The translations under genes were made by a program, and so were the position numbers. A stretch of 64,000 nucleotides of DNA from Octopus sinensis (lineage: Eukaryota), in NCBI RefSeq assembly GCF_006345805.1, contig NC_043007.1:58652001-58716000 (forward strand). The letters run 5' to 3'. Numbering within the stretch: the first letter of the stretch is position 1; every line of letters begins with the position of its first letter. This document shows, piece after piece, positions 1 through 12,988 of the stretch. Under the pieces are notes generated by a model. That model had not been told where the DNA came from. It did no database searches and saw nothing but the letters and a program-made list of their open reading frames with translations.

Positions 1-579
1 TATATATAAATACATACAACACACACACCCATATATATACACACACATACATACACATATATATACATACCAAACATATATACACACATATATATATATA
101 TATATATACATATATACACCACATACATACACACAACTAATACATATACACACAAACACATACATACGTAAACATACATACATACCTCCATACATCCATA
201 CTTACATGCACTTATACGCATACACACCACCCCCCATCTAATATATATATATAACACACTCACACATACATATACAAATATACGCCCACACATACATACA
301 TACATACACGTATACGCATACACGCACATACACATATACATGCGTACCCATACACGTGCCCACACGCACATGCATCCAATGTATACACACACACACATAT
401 ATACACGTGTTCAAGCATACATACATACAATACACGCAACACATACTTACATCACATATATGCACACACTTCCACAAATATATACATACACATATACATG
501 CATACATACATATATGCCATACATACACACACGCGCACTCATATATACATATATATATACACACATTACACACATATAC

Positions 580-624
<45 letters not shown>

Positions 625-868
625 TATATATATACACACATACACATACACACATATAACATACATATACACATAACATATATATACACATATACACTAA
701 ATACATGCACACATACACACACATACACATACACCTACATCATTAATATATATATATATATACACATATATACACACACGTAACATATACACTACATAAA
801 TACACACTACATACATATGACATTACCACACACCACATACATATATACACGGATACACATACCCATAC

Positions 869-899
<31 letters not shown>

Positions 900-1544
900 T
901 ATACACTGCATATATATATCTCACATACTCACATATAATACAAATATCTATATATACACACACACACACATATATACATGTACCACACATACACATATAA
1001 TACATATATACACATACACAACATAATATATAAATAATATACACCTACATATACATATATATACATATATATATATATATAATATATATACATATACCCC
1101 CACATATATACATATATATATATATACACCACATATACACCACACACACACACATACATATACACATATACATGTAACATACGCAATAATGATACACATA
1201 TATACACATACAACCACACAGACAGATGCATATACATACTATATATTATAAAAAATTACATATCTATATAAATACATACATAATACACATATAACACACA
1301 CATATAACACCATATACATACATATATTATATTATATAAATACATACATATATATACATTACATATACAATATATACATATATACATACACATGCACATA
1401 CATATACAAATATACATAACATGCATACACACACCGCGCGCCACATACATACACACCACACATATACAAATACATACATACACACATACACACACACACA
1501 TATATATACATACATGTACACATACACATATAATACAATATAAT

Positions 1545-1577
<33 letters not shown>

Positions 1578-2100
1578 CATAATACACATACATATATATA
1601 TATATCAACAAGGGAGGGTAAAGTTATTAGTTATTAATCAAAATTCACCAAGAATTCAGTATGTAAAGGGACCATTATTATTTTGAGTAAACAATGTTAG
1701 AGGGAAAAATTCTCTAAGTAGGTGGAAGAGGCTAAAAACTTTATTGGCTGCTATTTCTAGAAAGTTTAGTATGTGCAAAGTAATTTATTTTATTTTACTA
1801 AGCCCTAATATATAATATTTTATACATACATACACATACAAAACACATACATTTACAGTATATCCACATATACGTACAAACACATATACATATATACACA
1901 CACACACCGCACACATACAAGCACATACATATATATATAATATATATATATATTCATATATGCAAACATATATATATATATTTTTTTTTTACATGCATAC
2001 ATACACACACACACACATAATACATGCGTATATTCCCACTGTACCATGCATTTCATTTCGATACATATATACATACATACGATACACATATACAAGCGTG
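1..2100. repeat. Mixed (TA)n/(CA)n/(TACA)n microsatellite and low-complexity block
   Basis: Near-continuous alternating purine-pyrimidine repeats; all ORFs here are Y/I/H/T or V/C/Y/M low-complexity translations. Confidence 0.95.
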
Positions 2101-2257
2101 CACATACAATATGTGAAAGGTCTTAGGAGAAAAGGTAATCGGGGGTGCTCGGGGAGGGAACAGTGGGTTGGGGGGTGTTTGGAGGGGGGGGGGGGGGTTG
2201 TCATCAATCAGGTTGCCGGGTAGGTCTATAGTTCTTGTAGTTCGCATACTTCTTATG

Positions 2258-2420
2258 CATGCAATTAGGGGAGTGTTCTGAAAATTTGTTAAGGAGAGGC
2301 CTTGGCGAACAAAGCTCTCTAGGCTCTCTGATATTGCATAGGTCACAGCAGGTATGTCTCCTGTGTACGAGCGCGCCTTCTGTAGTAGTTTCCACTTGGT
2401 CTTGAAGGGGATTGAGTTCC
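2258..2420 (-). mobile_element. Penelope-like element relic, C-terminal end of GIY-YIG endonuclease region
   Basis: Minus strand reads HIWYLKRNSIPFKTKWKLLQKARSY, then after a frameshift CDLCNIRE..LLNKFSEHSPNCMH. This matches the PLE C-terminal pattern IW.LK...F..KW.I...A..Y...C.LC..E...LN..SE....C.H as I recall it. Confidence 0.7.
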
Positions 2421-3057
2421 TTTTAAGGTACCAGATGTGGTTATATATATTATATATATATATAACAGATTTTGTTGAATTTTCTGCTGCTTTTAAATAC
2501 AGTAGTATATATTATATATATATATATCTAGATATATCTATATAATATATATAATATATATATATATATATTTGGTGTGTGTGGTGTGTGTGGTGTGTGT
2601 GTGTGGGGTGTGTGGTTGTGTGTGTGTGTTGTGTGTAAAATATATATATTATAACTTAGAACAGACATTAAAAGTTATTATAGTACTCGGAGTTTTTAAT
2701 GTCGGAGCAAAGAGCTACAATGCATTCTCGTCGGCTATTAATGGCAACAGACACTATGAAAAACCGTTGAATAAAAGGGAAGTTACTCCAATAGATAGAA
2801 AAAGTAAAAAAGATTAAAAACATACACGCAAACATATTCTCACAATACACAGACATAAACCTCCTCCGTTCACAAAGTCTACATATGTACACACAAACAT
2901 GTATACGTACATGCACATACACACACACACAAACATATGTGTATGTACATACTCATACATACACACATCCACATACCCACACACACACACACATATGTGT
3001 ATGTATATATTTGTACGCAACCTCATCCTCATGTACACATAATAATAAAAAAATAAA

Positions 3058-3300
3058 TGCGCCCTTTTAAAGCCTAGCGAGGCTCATGGGCCCGGTTTCA
3101 ATGGCATATGTGTTCCCCAGCTGGACGGGACGCCAGTCCATCACAGCATTACTCATTTTTGCCTGCTGAGAGGACTGGAGCAATGGGAAATGAAGTGTTT
3201 TGCTCACAAACAACGCGTCACCCGGTCCAGGAATCGAAGCCACAATCTTACGATCATTATGTTGAACACTAACCACTATGCCATGTGGCTTCACCATATA
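3058..3300 (-). mobile_element. tRNA-derived SINE
   Basis: Minus strand starts GTGAAGCCACATGGCATAGTGGTTAG (A-box-like) and GGCTTCGATTCC (B-box-like); related degenerate copies near 28840-28990 and 42790-43125. Confidence 0.7.
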
Positions 3301-3312
3301 CACATAGGTAAC

Positions 3313-3313
<1 letters not shown>

Positions 3314-3407
<94 letters not shown>

Positions 3408-3409
3408 TA

Positions 3410-3464
<55 letters not shown>

Positions 3465-3470
3465 ATAATA
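3314..3470. repeat. Long (TA)n microsatellite
   Basis: About 150 bp of nearly pure TA. Confidence 0.95.
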
Positions 3471-3549
3471 TATCTTGAGGATGATGCCCCTACATCTTCA
3501 CTTATGTAGGGGCATCATCCTCAAGATTGTCTTTGCGTGTCTCTCCAAC

Positions 3550-3720
3550 AATTACGCAACTTTTCGGGACGTGAACAAGCGCCAGACCACGGGACTCAGT
3601 AAGCTAATATGGCGACTGAAGGATACGAACTTAAGCTATAGGCTGGAATGGTCAATTTTGTCGGTGGCCCTCCCATTTGATAGGGGCAGAAGACAGTGCA
3701 ACCTTGTGTCTCCGAACTCT
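3550..3720 (+). mobile_element. Penelope-like element relic, GIY-YIG C-terminal region
   Basis: Translation NYATFRDVNKRQTTGLSKLIWRLKDTNLSYRLEWSILSVALPFDRGRRQCNL matches the PLE motif T.LSK.IW.LK.....Y...WSI...A..Y......C.LC. Confidence 0.7.
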
Positions 3721-4722
3721 TCCATATTTTGTTTGCCAGAGGCCGGATGGTAAACGGGCTCTTACAGTCGGCTTTTCGATGCCCCCATTGGCGGCGTTAC
3801 ACTTATCTGGCTTTTAAATAGCGTTTATAAATAATACCGGCACCCATAGCCCTTGGTAACAAATTCTGAAATAGCCTTTAAGATATCTACGATTAACCAC
3901 TGCAAGGGAAATTACTCCTGTAAGACAAACGGGGCTTGGTTTTTTCACAGCGGGGGGTTTCCTTGACAAGGCAGGCTTAGATGAACACACACACACATAA
4001 AACATAATATATATATATAATTTCTTTATTTTTTTTTCTTCTGCCACCCAACGGTTATCACGGCAGTAGCCACTGACAGCCGAACGATCAAACGCACACA
4101 CGTACACAAAAAATGTTTTCTACCCCTACGCCAACACACACATATATAGAACAGTATACACACACACACGTCTCTAGTAGATTTTTTCTCGCCCCTTATA
4201 AAACATCCAATATTCCTTAAATAGTCAGAACTTTATTCTCGGTCACAAAGAACATCTATACACCCTCACCCACATGATTGACCGATGCCTGACCCGTTGA
4301 ATTCTTCAGCCACCAGTTCTCAACATACACTGATAAACAGTTTCGCCATGGGCTCTTAGGAGCATAGTTCGATTTTTTTTTGCTCCGCCTCTGTTCTGTT
4401 TTTGTTTTTCCAACGGATTTCCTTTTTCTTCCTGAAGAGAAAGACACAATATGGTCCCATTATTCAATCGGATTTTGGTAATTTGTGCCTTTCGAAACAC
4501 GTGTAGAATGAAATAAAACGATTTCTGTTCAATCTGCGTTCAGCTCCATTTCTTCAATTCACCAATAATGTTTTAATTTCAATTATCCGCACCAACGCAC
4601 GGTTGCAACGCCAGATGGTTGTACCTCCAACCGTGCTGTTTACTGCTGTTATTTTTGCTACTAAGGTATCGGTTAAACTTTTGATTAATCTACTACAAGA
4701 TTATTCATCTTTCTATTTCACA

Positions 4723-4762
<40 letters not shown>

Positions 4763-4807
4763 AAAAGAGTCGAAAGGAAGAGTAAGTATGGTTATATATA
4801 TATTTAT

Positions 4808-5231
4808 AAATTCTATAATTATGAGCATAATTATAATTAGGGTTCAGCAAAAATTGCTTTACCACATACCGAAATTTAGAAATTAGCAGTTAAGATACTA
4901 TTCTACTACCTTAAGATATCTCCCAGACAGCAATACTCTACAACTCACGCAGGTAAAGAGATAAAAATAACAAATCCACCCAGCTTTGATTGACTGTATA
5001 TGCGTTTTGGGGTTAAAGAGATGTAAAAAGATGTAAAATTGTATTTCTACTCACTTATTCCCTTCCTCAGTACAGTATTTCAAATCTTAAATATGAGAGC
5101 ACTGATAATTAACATACATACTCGACCAAGCACCATCTGATAGCATCCAACTGCTATTTCTAAATTTCAGTATGTGGTGAAACAAATTTTGCTGAACCCT
5201 AATTATAATTATGCTCATAATTATAGAATTT
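4808..5231. mobile_element. MITE / foldback element with ~85-bp terminal inverted repeats
   Basis: AAATTCTATAATTATGAGCATAATTATAATTAGGGTTCAGCAAAA at 4808 is mirrored by its reverse complement ending at 5231; arms continue ~85 bp with few mismatches. Confidence 0.85.
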
Positions 5232-5454
5232 TTGTATAAGTTTACCGATAATGGTTCTTTTAACATACTACTTGTTAATTATTAATTAAGTCTTGGTGGG
5301 ATTTGAACTCAGAACCTGAAGACGGAAAAATGTTGCTAAGCATTTTTTCCAGTGTGCTACCATTCACCAAATATTGCCTGGGTGGAGTGCATGTGCTAGA
5401 AATTTGGAGTAGCAATGAAGAAAATCATAAAATGACTCCTTATATATATTATAG

Positions 5455-5915
5455 GTGTTAGCATGGCTGTGTGGCGAAGAAATTCACTTCCCAACCTCAT
5501 ATTTTTGGGTTCAGTACCACTCTGTGGCACGTTGGACAAGTGTCTTCAAGTAGAGCCTCAGACTGACCATAGTATTCAGTGGATTTGGTTGATGGAAGCC
5601 AAAAGAAGCCTGTTGTGTATGTGTGTGTTAAGGCTGCTCACCTGATGAAGAGGATTGGCCTGCAAGAGTTCTGTACCAATGCCACATAAAAAGCACACAT
5701 GCCAGTGCCACATGGAAGTGCTGGTGACAGTGCCATGTTAAAAGCACCCAGGACACACCATAAAGTGGTTGGCGTTAGGAAGGGAATCTAGTCATAGAAA
5801 CCAAACCAAGTCAGACTGAAGCCTGGTGCTGCTCTCTGGCTTGCCAGCTCTGGTCAACCCATCCAACCCATGCCAGCATGGAAAACAAACATTAAAGGTT
5901 GATGATGTTGTTGAT
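5455..5915 (+). mobile_element. Two adjacent SINE fragments: tRNA-head family, then the family with a (GAT)n tail
   Basis: GCATGGCTGTGTGG...GGGTTCAGTACCAC head as in other copies; second part ends CCATGCCAGCATGGAAAA...GATGATG. Confidence 0.7.
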
Positions 5916-7050
5916 GATGATGATGATATATACATACATTAATATATATACATACATACATACATACACAAATCCATGTGTGTGTGTGATTGTATGTCTT
6001 CTTGCTTTGATAAGATATATTGTAAATAAGTGTTACTGTCATACAAGCTGTATCATCCATTTCCAGTCTTCTAGGACTTCAGCAATCTCTAAACAAGCCA
6101 TACAGTTCTGGAAAAGTGGACATTAAAACAATCGTCATGATGATGATGATACACAACACACACACACACAGTTGGAACCCCTTTCAGTCCCAGTAGGTAT
6201 CTCTGTATTCACATCATCATCATTGTTTAGCATCTGCTTTCCATGCTAGCATGGGTTGGACGGTTCAACTGGGGTCTGGAAAGCCAGAAGGCTGCACCCG
6301 GCCCAGTCTGATCTGGCAGTGTTTCTACAGCTGGATGCCCTTTGATTATAATTCTTGTGTCACTCTGATCAGCTTCCAAACTCCCCATAATGGTTGATTT
6401 CATAGCTGCTTCTACTTCTTATGTTCTTTCCATCTTGCAAGACAACATTTCTGTTGGAATTGATCACAAGCTGCTTACACTGTAACCAACAGTCTAGTGT
6501 ATACTTGAAGTCAGCAGGATAAACAATCAATTCTTGTTTTCTCTAATGCAGTGAATCCAAATTCACGATTACTTATATCATAAGTTGTCATGATCATTTA
6601 GTGCCTGGCTTCCATGCTGACATGAGTTGGCTAGAATTTGCCAATTTGGAAGACCACTTAATGCTCCAGTATCTGCTTTAGCATGGTTTTTTTACTGCTG
6701 GATGCCCTTCCTAATTCTGGCCACTTTACAGAACATACTGGGTGATTTTTTTCAGGGTGCCAACACTAATGAAGATCATCTTGTAACTTGCAAGGCTAAG
6801 GACTCAAAGTGACTCCTATACCTGAAGGAGAAAAAAAGAGAGTGTATTGATTCTAAATGGAAGGTTGATGAGGGTAAGAGATAGTTACAAAAAGTGGTGG
6901 CAGAGAGAGTGACAGAGTAGGGTAGGCCTTAATCAGAGAGGTGGGAGTATGGGACAAATAATGGAAAGGGGAGAGATTAGCAACAGGATATTGAAGAAAG
7001 GTGGTATACAGAGGAAAGATGGTAAGATAGATTGTATAGGTAAGGTCTAG

Positions 7051-7263
7051 GCGGCGAGCTGGCAGAAACGTTAGCACGCCGGGCGAAATGCTTTAGCGGT
7101 ATTTCGTCTGCCACTAAGTTCTGAGTTCAAATTCCGCCGTGGTCGACTTTGCCTTTCATCCTTTCGGGGTCGATAAATTAAGTACCAGTTACGCACTGGG
7201 GTCGATGTAATCGACTTAATACCTATGTCTGTCCTTGTTTAGCCCCTTGTGGGTAATAAAGAA
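7051..7263 (+). mobile_element. Intact tRNA-derived SINE with a perfect 16-bp target-site duplication
   Basis: A-box-like TGGCAGAAACGTTAG, B-box GAGTTCAAATTCC; TSD ATAGGTAAGGTCTAGG at 7036-7051 and 7264-7279. Degenerate relatives near 20710, 28375, 29105, 44540(-), 56640, 56850, 58490 and 58720. Confidence 0.9.
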
Positions 7264-7661
7264 ATAGGTAAGGTCTAGGGCTATCCTATTGTATCAGGTT
7301 GACTATTGACAGATGTGAAGAAAAGGGGCAGAGGGAGAGCAATTGACTAGGGTGAAGAGGAATCCTCAGCGAATCATTGAAGGGAGAAGAGATGTAGTGG
7401 TAATGGGATAGTCCAAGAGAGGAGTATTAAAGAGGTGGAAAAGTTGTGGAAAGAGGACAGTGAGAGAAAATGAGGCAGAGTGTAAGAGCTGTGATGAAAA
7501 GAGAAGTGTAGTGTACAATAGAGGTAAAATAGAAGGGAAAGAGAAAAGCAAAATACAAAAGCTGTGAAAGCATTCTATATTCAGTAGGTAGATGTATATA
7601 GAAAATCCTTGAAGACACCTGTGATTCGAAGAATGATATTTGAAATAACACAAAACATGTA

Positions 7662-7878
7662 CAAGGGGGTGCTGAAAAGTTCCTGGCTTTAAGGGTATTA
7701 CGAAAGGCCTGGTTGGAGGGATAACTTTCTGAATTCTTTTACAGGGCTTAGAAAACTTGAAGGACTGCTGCAATAAGTGTGTGAATCTGAGTGGAGTATA
7801 TGTTCAATAAAATCATAATTAACTAATCCTCTAGCATTTTCTTTTACCCAAAGTCAGGAACTCTTCAGCACCCTCTCA
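7662..7878 (+). mobile_element. Mariner-derived MITE (217 bp)
   Basis: TA on both sides; TIRs CAAGGGGGTGCTGAAAAGTTCCTGGCTTT / revcomp TGAGAGGGTGCTGAAGAGTTCCTGACTTT; interior encodes a mariner C-terminus (EFFLQGLENLKDCCNKCVNLSGVYVQ*). Confidence 0.85.
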
Positions 7879-7930
7879 TACACTTCACAAACCAAATGTT
7901 GATATGACCATTAATTGCTATGCTGTAGGC

Positions 7931-8139
7931 CAGTGGTTTTCAACCATTTTTTGTCTATGAATTCTGTTAATTCCTATTTTACTCTACTGGACCTCCATAT
8001 CCACTCAATGTGTATAAAAATACAGCATGCTGTATATTCATAATTAACTCTTATTAAGAATTTTATAAAGACATTAAAATATTTTGTGTATTTCAGAAGT
8101 ATAAGCAAATCTTATATGGACCCCAGTTGAGAACCACTG
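7931..8139. mobile_element. hAT (Charlie-type) MITE
   Basis: Termini CAGTGGTTTTCAAC / revcomp CAGTGGTTCTCAAC; flanking 8-mers CTGTAGGC and CTGTATCT look like a decayed 8-bp TSD. Confidence 0.7.
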
Positions 8140-8879
8140 CTGTATCTCTAAAGCTTTTCACAAACAGAAATTTGAAACTTAGTTATGTTTCTCAGAAAGT
8201 AAATGCTGTTCCATTTACAGAACTCATGATTATTGACTGCATTTACCAGAAAGTGTCAAAATAAACTGTCTCAGCACAAGATTGTATGTAAATTTATCAG
8301 AGATTAGTTATCCTGGTGACTTTCAAAGTTACTAACTTACAGATAACAACACTTTCTTATTGGACATGATCTGGGCTGTGTATAAATTTACATTGACTGA
8401 TTCTAATCTGAAAACGTTTTCTGAGGAAATACAAAGAGAGAGAGAGAGAGAGGATATATGACTTTTAGAGGGTTGTTAAAATGCATGACATTACTAGTTA
8501 GTACCATTAGTACCAGTTAATTCTTTACTAACTACAACTATTTACATAGGATTTTTCCATCTAATAATAAAGACTCATAAGTAAATATTGACGAGAGTAA
8601 CCATCTAAAACACGTGCACACACACAAACCATATTAGTGCAGTTATATGAGAACTGTGTCATTGCTTCACTGCATTAAGCCTATATGCTAGGCTTGAAGA
8701 AATGATTGCAAATATTTATGAACTGCCATTGCACAAGAGTGAATTGCAATCATATAAAAATAGTTTTAATGATAGTAAAATGACTTTCAAATAAAACATA
8801 TTCCTCAGGAAATGCTCAGAAGTGTAAAAAAAGGGGTAGTTTTCACTTGAAAGATGACTTGTTTTGTGTTCATCCAATG

Positions 8880-9330
8880 GTGATCAGTGAGGACCTTAAA
8901 TTTGGCAAGGTGGTTGATTGGCTTTTAATGTTTTTAACCATGAGTGATCAATGAATTTGATCATTTTGGCCAGATGGGTGATTCCATTTTGATGTGTTCG
9001 TAGCTGGCTGAGGAGGCTGGTTCTGACATGGAAATAACAGTCACATGTAGGACACATGCTCAGTAGTGTCTTCTGAGTTACCACCTATTTGGCTTTGCAA
9101 AGCTTATGTTTGTTTGACTGTAATTTCTTGTGATATTGCACCTTTGTTAATGATGGTTTACCATCGAGGTTCTACTCTGAGCAAGTTATTTCTTGGATTC
9201 TGTGTCTCCTCATGGCTTTCAGTGTTACTTTCAGGCTATTCTTTGGACCTTTTTTCTGGCTGCTGGCTATTCACTTCCCTCTAGCAAGCACATCATAGAT
9301 GTCTTGTTATGCATCTATAATTTATGCAGA
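8880..9330 (-). mobile_element. RTE-clade LINE 3' relic
   Basis: Degenerate translation LARGK*IASSQKK and CPTCDCYFHVRTSLLSQLRTH, resembling the RTE/BovB C-terminal CxxC...H segment. Confidence 0.6.
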
Positions 9331-9689
9331 TGACAAGAATGGTTCAGCAAACTTAGTTCTTTCCAGACAGAGAATGAATTGATGAGAGTTTTGCCCATTG
9401 GGGTGCTTCTGTGCCTAGAACTTTGCCTTCAGAGGAAAATAGATGCAAAGAAATTTTTAGCTACACAGACAATGCTAGTGTCATAATTAGAATCAACAAC
9501 AGTGTGTATCAAAAGCTTGAAGTCAAAATTCTTTTACTTATTATAATTATATATGTACGTCATCCACTTCATTTAATATTAATGAGTTTCTTATATCTTT
9601 TGCTCAGGTGCTCTATAACTTGTCAGAAAAAGGTAGAAGGGGAGACGAAACGAAGCAATAAGTCAAGTAAAGAAAGGCAGCAATGATAA

Positions 9690-10900
9690 TCAAAAGTGCA
9701 TGAATGGCACCCAGAATAAAACACTAAAAGACAGCAAAAGAGCCATAAAAAGGGAATGGAGTATAAGCACATCAAGAATAAAGTTCGTAAAATTTGAGAA
9801 GCATAGCAATTTTGAAGGATGCAGTATCCTATGAGTTATCAACAAAAACAGGTAGTTTATTCCATGCTTTGATAATTTTGAGTGTGAAAAAATGTTTCTG
9901 TAAGACATGGATGTCACACTGATTTTTTGTAAACATGTCAGCAGGTGACAGAGATATTGAACTCAAAAAGGTAGCCAAAGTTATTGGAAAGAAGGTGAAC
10001 AATCTTGTAAGTTTTTACAAAGTCAGCTACTAGATGTTGAAACTTTTGTGTGTCAGTCCTGAGAAACAAGACATTCAAGATATAGTAAGAAACCAATGAA
10101 TGATAATCATCTGATTTGTCAAACAAGAAATTTGGAATTTCTTATATCTGAAACACATAAATGGTTTTCTCTCTCATCAAAACAGCTTGCTTATAAAAAT
10201 GTATACCAAACAATGACAGAGAAAGCTCATTAAAAATTCCTATGAACTGCTGTTCTCAATGGTTACATATCTGGCTGTGATACAAATAGTTACCCAAAGT
10301 TTGAATTAAATTATAAGAAATTCTTTTGAAATCTGTGAAAATAACTTGGTATATTTGTTATTTTTACAACTCATTCTTGGTGAAGCACAGCATGTAAATA
10401 AAACAGATTAGTCAAAAATTGTTTATAATTATTAAATGATTTAATGGTACATGGGAATAAACTAAAACTAGCAACCTCTGAAATTAATGTTTTGATATGT
10501 GAAACTGAAGAACATTTAGATCTTATGCCTTACGTAGGTTATAAGGTTGAAAATAAAACTGAAAAATTAAAGAATCAAAATAAAATTAGCAAGATTGAAG
10601 ATGTGTGTATAAGAAAACAAAATCAACATTTTCTCTTAATGCTTATTCAAACAAATTACTAACAAAAAGGTTTTTAAATTCTTAGAAAGGTTTCACTTTC
10701 ATATGTTAGAAATATTCTTCAACCAATAAAAGAATACATTTTAGTTTCAAGCTGGTGGAATAGTTGGAGACATTAAAAGAGTCCATATCATTTTCATTTG
10801 TTGAATGAACCAATTAAAACTAATACTGGACTTTTTGGGAGTTGAAGTTTATCAATATAAACATGTTTCTGGGTGCCATTCTTTTAAACACCTTATGACT
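9690..10900 (+). mobile_element. Heavily decayed DNA transposase relic (possibly hAT)
   Basis: Fragmentary frames (ETHKWFSLSSKQLAYKNVYQTM; KIPMNC..QWL) recall hAT catalytic-region motifs; many stops. Confidence 0.35.
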
Positions 10901-11336
10901 TGTACTAAAAATATTTAGTTGCATAAATAATGTTGTATTATGCCTCTGAATGTTCTGTGTATAATGTTTATAAACAATGTCAACTTATATTAATACAGAT
11001 AGAAAAATAAATCTAGAAATCCCAAATATTTGTAAGCCAGGCTAATCTACTTCAGTCATTGATATAGAATCATTTTGAGTTTTTGGTAACTATTTTTATT
11101 AAAATGACATTATTTTCTTTTTAAAAGAATATGTATTTTAGTATACTGCTACAATAATTCGTATGAAAAGATTCATTTCTCTTAGTCATATATTTCAAAC
11201 TAATAGGCTAAATTTTTTTTTACTATTTCCAATTAATACAAGCCACTGCATATCTAGTCCTAAAAATAAATTTTAATTTGGCAATCCGGATTGACAGTTA
11301 CTTCCCCTACCCCATGTGCTTTCATTTATTTGCATC

Positions 11337-11774
11337 ATGGCGTGGATGATGATTCGTCCTTCGCTATGGGCTTCCAGAATGCCATTTTCGCGCCTGCTGG
11401 GCTTACGTTCTTACTCAGAAATGTTAAAAACCGGCAGCAAAGATCATATTGACAAACTAGTGTCAGAGCAAAAGATTGTTCTTTTTATGAAAGGCACGCC
11501 TGATGCCCCACGTTGTGGCTTCAGCAACCTTGTTGTTCAGATTCTTAAATTCCACGGTGTGGATGATTTTGCTTCGCACAATGTGCTCGCCGACAATGAT
11601 CTTAGAGAAGGAATTAAAGCCTACTCGAACTGGCCGACGATACCGCAGGTTTACATTGATGGAGAGTTTGTCGGTGGCTGTGATATTATGGTAGAAAAAC
11701 ACAAAAGCGGAGAACTTATTGAAGATTTTCAAAAGATCGGTATACGATCGACTCTTTTGGATAGGGAAGAATAA
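11337..11774 (+). CDS. GLRX5: Glutaredoxin-5, mitochondrial monothiol glutaredoxin (145 aa), single coding exon
   Basis: ATG in GCATCATGG context; Arg/Ser/Leu-rich acid-free N-terminus (presequence-like); [16 protein letters not shown] active site, WPTIPQVY cis-Pro motif, FVGGCD motif; uninterrupted frame to TAA. First downstream AATAAA I found is at 12188-12193. Confidence 0.97.
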   Translation: MAWMMIRPSLWASRMPFSRLLGLRSYSEMLKTGSKDHIDKLVSEQKIVLFMKGTPDAPRCGFSNLVVQILKFHGVDDFASHNVLADNDLREGIKAYSNWPTIPQVYIDGEFVGGCDIMVEKHKSGELIEDFQKIGIRSTLLDREE

Positions 11775-12988
11775 GTTTCATATTTTAAAAATAAGAATGT
11801 CTTTAGACTGAACATATCATATTTTCTCTTAAAAACAACCATGGTTCGTATCTGAAATTTTCTAATATTGCTTTATGATTTGACTCTTTATTATCCGCTT
11901 TAAAATGCTTTTATTCAAATGAAAGCAGTTCCAGAAGTGTGACCTTGGTGTTAAATGTTAAAGGGTGTTACTAGCTAAATTCCAAAAACATTTCATTAAC
12001 CTTAAAGCCTGCAAGAAGGTTGTTTTCGCAACCTTATAACTGAAAAATTAATGAGTTTCTTTATTAATTATATAATCAACAATTGTTGGGTAATCCTTAA
12101 ACTTTGCCTAAAATTCTAAAAAGGTGAAAGAAAACATTTGAAGATATTTATATACTGAAAGGATCGAAAGATATTGTATCTTCGGAAAATAAAGTTTTCC
12201 GTAAGTAAATTTACAGTTGTTGGAAAAATAATTTCTCGGATATATGAAAATTTTCCTTTTCACACTGCGTTCTTCCAAATTTATGTTTCGTAACCAAGAC
12301 TTCAAAGTCTGTATTTATTTTTTGACTATTGTGATTTGAGAATCCTTTTGAATTGTTTACATTTTGATTGATAGATAGACACACATTGGTAAATTTAAAC
12401 ATCTTAACTTTCTGTTTTAAACACGATCGACTTTCACTAGTCTACATTGTTACGTAACAATATATATGATGGAAGACTATTACATGGACACGGTCTTTCC
12501 GAAAAAGCATAACAGAACGATACTTAAGTTTAAAGATTCTATATTGATATATTTCTTCTATCAGTTATATAATTTTATAAAGCCTATTTTAGAAAATTAC
12601 GAGAACATGCTGTATACTTGTGTGTGTGTGAAAGAGAGAAGGGAGGGAAAGTGTTGTGTAGTTGTTTACAAACTTATAAAGAACGTTAATTGGCAGAATT
12701 TAGTTGTAATTTTATGGTATTGATTTTTAATTCTTTAAGTTCAAATGCCTCGACGAAGAGGGATCGATTTTGTCTATCATTTTAATCAAATTCCAGGTTC
12801 AAATTAATTGATTCCACCGTTCTTCAATATGTGTGGCGTTGTACACGTTAGAAATCATTAAGAGTACAAGGTAACCGATGGCAAATTGATAGAGATGAAA
12901 TGCTTTCAACATTAAATTATTGGTGTGTTTATCATTACCTGGTTTCCTACTATAATATACTAGAGAATGAATGTACAGATATATTGGC

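Noticed and set aside
238-2095. Many 60-144 aa ORFs on both strands
   Set aside because: Translations of (TA)/(CA) microsatellites, which lack stop codons by composition.
11316-11336. ORF-track start of the glutaredoxin at 11316
   Set aside because: That start is a GTG codon; the first ATG in good context is at 11337.
12108-12460. CpG-containing patch with a 63-aa minus ORF and a plus-strand GTAAGT donor at 12201; strong acceptor at ~16529
   Set aside because: No recognisable protein similarity and no consistent exon chain; could be a UTR or lncRNA but is unsupported.
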